49,955 bases of DNA from Planctomycetota bacterium (GTDB lineage: Bacteria > Planctomycetota > UBA1135): positions 1 through 49,955 of the forward strand of contig JAKVCF010000001.1 of NCBI GenBank assembly GCA_022447335.1, written 5' to 3'. This document shows, in pieces, positions 41,735 to 49,955 of this stretch. Each line of letters opens with the position of its first letter. Within the stretch, counting starts at the first letter, position 1. The position numbers and the translations under genes are program-made. The notes below the pieces were generated by a model that saw only the letters and a list, made by a program, of their open reading frames with translations, did not search any database and was not told where the DNA came from.

Positions 41735-44703
41735 ATGCTTGTATCGGACTTCGTCTTCGTGTGCGCGGCTCTAACGCAAGAGCCCTTGCAGTCGATCGAT
41801 TTCCAGCGTGATGTGCGACCGATTTTGTCAGATAAGTGCTTTGCTTGTCACGGCCCTGATGCGGCGGCGCGCAAAGCTGATTTGCGACTCGACACACGCG
41901 AAGGTGCGTTGGCAGATCTTGGTGGCTACGTCGCGGTTGTGCCGGGCGGCGCCGAAGAGTCGGAATTGATCTATCGCATTACGAGCGAAGATAGGCGTGA
42001 GTTGATGCCCCCGCCCGAGTCCGGCCATAGTCTTACAGATGAAGAGCGGGCTACCCTGCGGGCTTGGGTTGATCAGGGCGCGGAGTACGCGCCCCATTGG
42101 TCTTTCGTTCCCGTTGATTCAGTCTTGTCACCGGCGGTCACCGAGGAGTGGGCGCGTGACGAGATTGACTCCTATGTGCTGCATCGCATGAAGATGGCGG
42201 GGTTGGACCCTCAGCGCGATGCAGTTGACGAAGACTGGCTTCGCCGAGTCAGTTTTGTGTTGACCGGCTTGCCGCCGACAATGGAGTTGATCACAGGATT
42301 TCCCTCTGAACTAACGCGGGGGCAGGTAGTTGATCAATTACTTGGCTCACCACACTTCGGCGAACACTTTGCAGCGCAGTGGATGGACATCGCACGATAT
42401 GCGGACACCTATGGATATCAGAACGACCGCGAGCGGCGCGTCTGGCCTTATCGCGACTGGGTTATTCGGGCTTACAACGAGAATCTTCCCTATGACGACT
42501 TTGTGCGTTGGCAGTTGGCAGGTGACATGCTGCCCGATCCGACGCTTGAGCAGCGAATTGCAACGGCCTTCCAGCGGCTGCACCGGCAGACTAACGAGGG
42601 CGGCTCTGTCGAAGAGGAGTTTCGCGTCGAATACGTTAGCGATCGTGTGCACACAATGGGCACAGCCTTCCTTGGCCTGACTTTTGAGTGCGCGCGTTGC
42701 CACGACCATCGTTATGACCCGATCTCGCAGGTCGAGTATTATCAACTCAGCGACTACTTTGATGACATAAAAGAAAGTGGGCTGTATTCGCACTTCACCA
42801 ATGCGACACCTACACCTGCGATGGAGTTGCCTAGTGAGCGGCAATCCATCGCCATGGCCGACGCCGAGGCAGCTGTCGCTGCGGCTGAGGCTAAGCTGTC
42901 CGAAGTTTTGCAGGACCAGCATGGCCTTGCCAGGGTTGTGCCCAGCGACGACGTGGAGGTGCTCTTCGACTTCGATACCTGGAGCGAAGACCAGGTTTCT
43001 CTCGGAGTCGGTGCTGAGAACGCCGCGGCGCGCATGGAAGGGTTCTTTAAGAAAGTCGATGGCGTGCGCGGCAGTGGAATCCGCCTCAATGGCGATGAGG
43101 GCATTCGCTTTAGTGGCGTCGGCGCCTGGCGACGCTCCGATCCGTTTACGGTTAGCATGTGGCTTAAACTTGACGGCCCAATCGAGCGCGCCGTGCTGCT
43201 GCATCGTTCACGTGCCTGGCACGACGCTGCTAGCCAGGGCTGGCAGCTATTGATCGAAGATGGCCGGCTGACCGCTGCGCTTGTGCATTTCTGGCCTGGC
43301 GACATGGCGATGGTCCGGACTTTCGACCCCTTGCCGATTGGCGAATGGATCGAAGTACAGTTGGCTTATGACGGATCTTCTAATGCTTACGGCATGGCGC
43401 TTTCTGTCAATGGAGAGTCCGCGCGAGTTACGGTCGGTGAGAACTCGCTAACTCGAGCTATAGTCGGAGGTGGTCCGGGCGATCCTAGTTTTGGCGCGCG
43501 CTTCCGTGACCGCGGATTCAGCCAAGGCGTGCTGGATGAGGTGCGTTTCATTTCAGGTTGGCCGGGTCCCAGTTGGGATCCTGCAGTTGATTTGGCGCGC
43601 GCCGATCTTCGTAATGCCCGTCGCAATCGCGATGAACTGCGCGACGAGATTCCGCAGCTCATGGTCATGCGCGAGCGCGCGCAGCCGCGCGCATCACGCT
43701 TTCTTGATCGTGGGCTTTACGATTCGCCAAAGGGGCCCGTCGGGCGTGCAGTTCCTACGGCTTTACTGGGCGATGTGGATCAACCGAAGAACCGCCTCGA
43801 ACTTGCTAATTGGATGCTCAATCGCGATCATCCGCTGACCGCTCGGGTGGAAGTCGATCGCTTATGGCGCGCCGTTTTCGGCAAAGGCCTGATGCGTACG
43901 CCTGAGAATTGGGGCAGTCAGGGCGAGCTTCCGACTCATCCGAAGTTGCTAGACCGCCTTGCGCTGGACTTAATGGAGTCTGGCTGGGATCGCAAAGCGA
44001 TGCTGCGCCGTATTGTGCTCAGCCGTACCTTTGCGCAGGCCCGCGTTGCGTTCGATGATCCGAGTCGCGCAGTTGACCCGGAGTCGCGCTACTGGTCCTA
44101 CTACCCTGATCGCCGACTCACCGCCGAGATGGTGCGCGACGGCGCGCTCGCTCATTCCGGTCTGCTGGTACGCAAGATTGGCGGCGCCAGCGTCAAGCCG
44201 TATCAGCCCGCCGGCCTTTGGCAGGAGAAGTCGGGTCAGGTCTACCACCCGAGCAAGGGAGAGGGTCTTTACCGTCGCAGCCTCTACACCTTCTGGAAGC
44301 GCACTTCGCCGCCGCCGTCGATGATGATCTTCGATGCGGCCAAGCGCGACGTCTGCGTAGTTAAGCGCCAGGAAACTCAGACCCCACTCCAAGTGCTGGT
44401 CAGCTGGAATGACCCGCAACTAGTTGAGGCCTCGCGCATGCTCGCAACGCGCATGCTGCGCGACTCAATCAGCCTGGAGAAGCTCGGCATCGAGCTAGGC
44501 TTCGGTCCGGATCACATTCTGTCCAGCCTGAGTGCCTTCTTTGAGAGCGAACGCGAGGCCTTTGCCGCCGACCTCGAGTCGGCAAGCGCACTACTGGGCG
44601 TGGGTGACACGCCGATGCCCGAGGACATCGATCTTGCCGAGCTCGCTGCGATGACGATTGTCTGCTCGACCATCCTCTCCTCCGACCTCTACCTGCTGCT
44701 GCC

Positions 44704-44707
<4 letters not shown>
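41735..44707 (+). CDS. PSCyt(cytochrome c)/DUF1549/LamG-like/DUF1553 (PSD1) protein
   Basis: DKCFACHGPDAA heme-c motif, WMDIARYADTYGYQND, FECARCHDHRYDPISQVEYY, a LamG-like block (FTVSMWLKLDG...GWQLLIEDGRLTAALVHF...LAYDGSSNAYGMALSVNGE) and IFDAAKRDVCVVKRQETQTPLQVL. Paralogue of 20726..24412. Confidence 0.85.
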
Positions 44708-46107
<1,400 letters not shown>

Positions 46108-46215
46108 CCAGGGTACGCGGCACGCATCCTTGACGGAGCTGTTGGCCTCGGTCCGTTGAGGATCTTCTGCGAGGGTTGGGTTTAGATTTTCCGAGGCGCT
46201 GATAGGCTCTCTGGC

Positions 46216-47100
46216 GTGTTTCGTATAGCTACCCTTTTTGCTTTAGTTCTAACTACTTCGTGCGGCAGTGCAGATCCCGAGACTGCAAGTAATGAGCCAG
46301 CTGTCCTACGCTTCTCGGCGATTCCGGATGAGAACACGACCGAACTACAGCAGAAGTTCAACCGTGTGGCTGACTATCTTTCCGCTGAACTCGGTGTCGA
46401 GGTCGAGTATGTGCCGACTGCGAACTATGGCGCCTCCGTTCAGACATTCAAGAATGGCGACATTCACCTCGCGTGGTTCGGCGGTCTCACCGGCGTTCAG
46501 GCTCGCGCTGCCGTCGAAGGCTCGCGTGCGATTGCGCAAGGTAAGGTTGATCCGGCGTACAAGAGCTACTTCATCGCCAATAAGGATTCCGGGCTCGAGC
46601 CCAGCGACGATTTCCCGATGGGAATCGCTGACAAGAAGTTCACCTTCGGTTCCGACCGCAGCACTTCAGGTCGCCTGATGCCGGAGTTCTTCATCCGCCA
46701 ATTTACCGGTAAGGCGCCCTCCGACTTCCTCGGTGGAGAAATGCAGTTCTCGGGCAGCCATGACAAGACGGCCAAGCTCGTGGAAGCGGGCACCTTCGAT
46801 GCTGGCGTGCTCAGCTACAAGACCTACGACGGTCTGGTCGAAGAGGGCAAGATTGATCCCGCTGTCTGCCGCATCATCTGGACGACCCCGACTTACCCGG
46901 ACTACAACTGGACGGCGCACCCAGCGCTCGACGAAATGTTTGGTGAAGGCACGATCGATCGCCTGCAGTCCGCTCTGGTAGGAATGGAAGATGCCGAGTT
47001 GCTGAACGCCGTGCGTCGTCCCGAGGGCATCATTCCGGCAACCAACGATGACTTCGCTAGCATCGCTGAGCTGGCAGAAAGCTTGGGCTTCCTGCAATAG
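46216..47100 (+). CDS. phnD: Phosphonate/phosphite/phosphate-type ABC transporter substrate-binding lipoprotein (PhnD family)
   Basis: LRFSAIPDEN, WFGGLTGVQA and STSGRLMPEFF are PhnD-family blocks. N-terminal FALVLTTSC signal. GTG start from the ORF track. Confidence 0.8.
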   Translation: MFRIATLFALVLTTSCGSADPETASNEPAVLRFSAIPDENTTELQQKFNRVADYLSAELGVEVEYVPTANYGASVQTFKNGDIHLAWFGGLTGVQARAAVEGSRAIAQGKVDPAYKSYFIANKDSGLEPSDDFPMGIADKKFTFGSDRSTSGRLMPEFFIRQFTGKAPSDFLGGEMQFSGSHDKTAKLVEAGTFDAGVLSYKTYDGLVEEGKIDPAVCRIIWTTPTYPDYNWTAHPALDEMFGEGTIDRLQSALVGMEDAELLNAVRRPEGIIPATNDDFASIAELAESLGFLQ

Positions 47101-47116
47101 ACCTCGAAATCTCCAA

Positions 47117-47153
47117 CCCGGCCAGATGAAATTCTGGCCGGGTCTTTTGTTTT
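47117..47153 (+). terminator. Rho-independent terminator/attenuator hairpin between phnD and phnC
   Basis: A 10-bp perfect stem pairs CCCGGCCAGA (47117..47126) with TCTGGCCGGG (47133..47142). The loop is TGAAAT and the stem is followed by TCTTTTGTTTT. Confidence 0.65.
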
Positions 47154-47919
47154 GATCGTTCCAGCGCAATACCGAATCGATCGAGTCTCCCTTTCCTACG
47201 GAGAGACGAGTGTCTTGAGCGATATCAGCCTCGCCATCGAGGCGGAGCAATCGGTAGCCTTCGTCGGGCCGAGTGGAGCCGGCAAGACGACCTTGTTGCG
47301 CTTGATGGCGGGCTCGGTCTTTCCTGACTCGGGCACAATCGAGCTGGATGGCCGCAGCTTTGCTGCGGTTTGCGATCGCGGGTCCGAGCTGCGGCGGATG
47401 CGCGCCGAAGTCGGCTTTGTCCATCAGGACTATGCGCTGGTACCGAACTTGCGTGTAGTGCAGAACGTCGTCTCGGGAGGCTTCTCGCGACGTGGCTTCT
47501 GGAGTGCGCTTGCCGATCTGGTCATGCCCAAGCGTCCACTTCAGCAGGAAGTCCTCAGCTTGCTCGACCGCCTTGGTATCGGTGAGAAGATCTTCCAGCG
47601 AGTTGACACTCTGTCAGGCGGGCAACAGCAGCGCGTGGCTCTGGCGCGCGCGCTCTTTCAACAGCCCCGTGTGTTGTTGGCCGACGAGCCCGTCTCTTCG
47701 GTCGATCCCACGCGCGCCCGCGCGTTGCTCGAACTGATGCACGCGGTCGCAGCCGAACGCGAGTTGCCTCTGGTCGTCAGTTTGCACGATGCTGAACTCG
47801 CGCGCGCGTTGTTTGGGCGTATGGTGGGACTGCGTGAGGGTCGTATTGAGTTTGACCTGCCTGCTGACCAGGTTGATTCGGAGCGCCTGCAAGCGCTGTA
47901 CGCGCTCCCGAACGCATGA
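47152..47919 (+). CDS. phnC: Phosphonate-type ABC transporter ATP-binding protein
   Basis: Walker A GPSGAGKTT, signature LSGGQQQRVALARA and Walker B VLLADEPVSSVD. The TTG start at 47152 is taken from the ORF track and sits in the terminator T-tract, so the start is uncertain. Confidence 0.8.
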   Translation: MIVPAQYRIDRVSLSYGETSVLSDISLAIEAEQSVAFVGPSGAGKTTLLRLMAGSVFPDSGTIELDGRSFAAVCDRGSELRRMRAEVGFVHQDYALVPNLRVVQNVVSGGFSRRGFWSALADLVMPKRPLQQEVLSLLDRLGIGEKIFQRVDTLSGGQQQRVALARALFQQPRVLLADEPVSSVDPTRARALLELMHAVAAERELPLVVSLHDAELARALFGRMVGLREGRIEFDLPADQVDSERLQALYALPNA

Positions 47920-48704
47920 GGCAGGGCCTGGTCCTGATCGCCTTGCTGGTGGTAGGCATGATCGCCTACCTCGCGCTCGATCTGGATCTGGGTGGGCTTT
48001 CCCCGACGCGCGGCGGAGGGGATCTCCTGCTCGAGTTTCTCGGCGCGGCCTTCAAGCCAGCCTTCGACTACGAATCCGGCGCGGTTCCGACCGACTGGAA
48101 CCCCTTTTTCTATCAGGTCTTTGCAGGCCTTTGGCGCACCGTGGTATTTGCTGCGGCGGCCATTGGACTTTCACTCGTCATCGGGTTTCCGCTTGGGCTG
48201 CTCGCTTCTTCGCTGGCCCCGATGCCAGTTCGCGTCTCGGTGCGCGCGATGATTGCTCTGATGCGCTCGGTGCATGAACTGCTCTGGGCAGTCGTCTTGC
48301 TCGCGGCGGTGGGGCTGAACACAGCGGGCGCGGTCCTGGCACTCACCATTCCCTATGCAGGAACCCTGGCGAAGATCTTCAGCGAGATGCTCGACGAGGC
48401 GCCGCCGCAGGCATTCCGTGCGCTGCAACTCGCGGGTGCCACGCGGCTACAGGCTTTCTTCGCCGGATTGCTGCCGCGCGCCGCGCCGGATATGGCGGCT
48501 TATGCCTTTTATCGATTTGAATGCGCTTTGCGCAGTTCGGCGGTGCTGGGCTTCTTCGGGTATCCGACGATTGGCTACTACCTCAAGCTGTCCTTTGAGA
48601 ACTTGCACTTCCGCGAAGTCTGGACCTGGCTTTACGTGCTGATCATCGTCGTGATCCTGCTGGAGGCTTGGAGCAGCGCGTTGCGGCGGAGGTTCGTGGC
48701 ATGA
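47916..48704 (+). CDS. phnE: Phosphonate-type ABC transporter permease (PhnE family)
   Basis: Six-TM permease with a PhnE-like conserved loop (YAGTLAKIFSEMLDEAP...LAGATRLQAFFAGLLP). ATGA overlap with phnC at 47916..47919. Confidence 0.8.
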   Translation: MRQGLVLIALLVVGMIAYLALDLDLGGLSPTRGGGDLLLEFLGAAFKPAFDYESGAVPTDWNPFFYQVFAGLWRTVVFAAAAIGLSLVIGFPLGLLASSLAPMPVRVSVRAMIALMRSVHELLWAVVLLAAVGLNTAGAVLALTIPYAGTLAKIFSEMLDEAPPQAFRALQLAGATRLQAFFAGLLPRAAPDMAAYAFYRFECALRSSAVLGFFGYPTIGYYLKLSFENLHFREVWTWLYVLIIVVILLEAWSSALRRRFVA

Positions 48705-49681
48705 CTGCGGGCTGCCTCGATCAGTTGCGGCGTGAGCGTCCGCGGAGCTGCTTCCTGCGTTTGAGTCTGCTTGCGCTGGCAGGGCTGGCGATTGGAGTTT
48801 GGTTTACCGGAGAGATCGCGGTTTCGGACCTATTCAGCGATCGGCGTGGGGATAACTTGAAGCGCTTCCTCGGCGACGAGGCCAAGCCCTATCCGCTGCG
48901 TGTCGAGGATGCCGAGCAGTCGTTGGGAGAGTGGTTTGCTGCGATCTGGTATTCGCGCGGTCGCGATGGTGTACTCGCGACATTCTGGATCTCGTGGCTG
49001 GCGATGACGATGGCCGGCGCCTACGCGCTGCTGATCGCGCCGCTCTGCACGCGCACGCTCATGGCGCGCGATCCCTATCTGCAGGAGGACCGTGGCCGGG
49101 GCTGGCGCGCCGTGACCGCGAGTCTGCGTTTCTTCAACGTGCTGTTGCGTGCGGTGCCCGAGTACATCTGGGCATTCCTGATCCTTGCGGTCGTGGGGCC
49201 ATCCGCCTGGCCGGCGGTGCTTGCTTTAGCGATTCACAACGCAGGCATCGTGGCCCGACTTGGTGCGGACGTCACCGAGAATCTCGGGCCGCGCCCTGGC
49301 CAGGCGCTGCGCCAGTTGGGAGCCTCACGGTCGCAGGCAGCCTTGGCTTTCCTGTTCCCACAGGCCTTTGGCCGCTTCTTGCTGTTCTGGTTCTACCGCT
49401 ACGAGACCTGCGTGCGCGAAGCCACCGTGCTTGGCATGCTCGGTGTGGTTTCACTTGGCTACTGGATTAACGACGCCAACGCGCGCGATCGTTATGACGA
49501 GATGATCGCGTTGATCGGCCTTGGCGCGGTGCTCGTGCTCGCCGTTGACGCGCTGTCTTGGGTTGCACGCGGCTGGGTGCGCCGCGCAGGTTTGGTTGAC
49601 GGGGCGGCAAGCCAGGCTTCGTTCCTGCGTGACCGAGCGGCTGCCGATAGCGCCAAGACCGGCGGGCGCGCGCCGCACTAG
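48701..49681 (+). CDS. phnE: Second PhnE-family ABC permease
   Basis: Permease with a NAGIVARLGADVTENL...LGASRSQAALAFLFPQ loop homologous to the preceding gene. I prefer the ATG at 48701, which overlaps the upstream stop (ATGA), over the ORF-track start at 48668. Confidence 0.75.
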   Translation: MTAGCLDQLRRERPRSCFLRLSLLALAGLAIGVWFTGEIAVSDLFSDRRGDNLKRFLGDEAKPYPLRVEDAEQSLGEWFAAIWYSRGRDGVLATFWISWLAMTMAGAYALLIAPLCTRTLMARDPYLQEDRGRGWRAVTASLRFFNVLLRAVPEYIWAFLILAVVGPSAWPAVLALAIHNAGIVARLGADVTENLGPRPGQALRQLGASRSQAALAFLFPQAFGRFLLFWFYRYETCVREATVLGMLGVVSLGYWINDANARDRYDEMIALIGLGAVLVLAVDALSWVARGWVRRAGLVDGAASQASFLRDRAAADSAKTGGRAPH

Positions 49682-49698
49682 ACTCAGGTTATTCCGAG

Positions 49699-49896
49699 AT
49701 GAATCGGCTCACCCCTATGTTGAAGGTCCCTGATCTGCCGGTCTCGCTGGCGTTCTCGCAAGGATGGCTTGGTTTTGAGTTCAGGGGAACGGTGCTCGTG
49801 CCGCGGCGTGAGGCTTTCTATGGTGCTGATGAAATCGGCGTGCGCACTCCAGATGGAGCGACGCTTGTGCTTGTCTCGTTTGCGAGTTCTGATTGA
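49699..49896 (+). CDS. Short VOC/glyoxalase-like ORF, possibly a remnant
   Basis: The 65-aa ORF has an N-terminus LTPMLKVPDLPVSLAF..GWLGFEF that resembles the first beta-alpha unit of a VOC domain. Its C-terminus FYGADEIGVRTPDGATLVLV resembles the last strands. The middle of a normal ~120-aa domain is absent. Confidence 0.3.
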   Translation: MNRLTPMLKVPDLPVSLAFSQGWLGFEFRGTVLVPRREAFYGADEIGVRTPDGATLVLVSFASSD

Positions 49897-49955
49897 GTGA
49901 GCGGCGTGCAGGTCGAAAGCTTTCCGCCCCTACTTGGCGACCAACCCCGGGTTTT

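Overview
The window is densely coding, with about 40 genes on both strands. I recognised no rRNA, tRNA, CRISPR array, transposase or integrase. The gene content suggests a PVC-superphylum (Planctomycetota/Verrucomicrobiota-like) chromosome; this is an inference from family content, not a database hit. The supporting content is two giant cytochrome-c/DUF1549/DUF1553 proteins, each followed by a Tat-signal DUF1501 protein, plus a sulfatase, LamG and PA14 modules and many signal-peptide or lipoprotein ORFs. Recognisable housekeeping and accessory genes include hutH, hutU, a DEAD-box helicase, a CDF transporter, a GT4 glycosyltransferase, a YjbQ-family protein, a Dam-like DNA methyltransferase, a KamA-family radical SAM enzyme, an M28 peptidase and a phnD-C-E-E phosphonate-type ABC transporter. 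The best sequence-supported anomaly is a Bcp-type peroxiredoxin. Its peroxidatic Cys codon is an in-frame TGA followed by a SECIS-like hairpin, so it is a predicted selenoprotein that the ORF track splits in two. Other active-site oddities are an Ala-Cys-Gly (not Ala-Ser-Gly) MIO triad in HutH and a C-S-T-A-R (not C-x-P-x-R) motif in the sulfatase. The best candidate for a functionally undescribed system is a tightly packed minus-strand trio at 17.5-24.4 kb. It comprises a PSCyt/DUF1549/PA14/DUF1553 giant, a DUF1501 protein and a membrane cytochrome-c/LRR/YHS protein. A paralogous pair at 41.7-46.1 kb carries a different inserted binding module and sits directly upstream of the phn transporter. 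All family calls come from motif recognition in the supplied translations and need HMM or BLAST confirmation.
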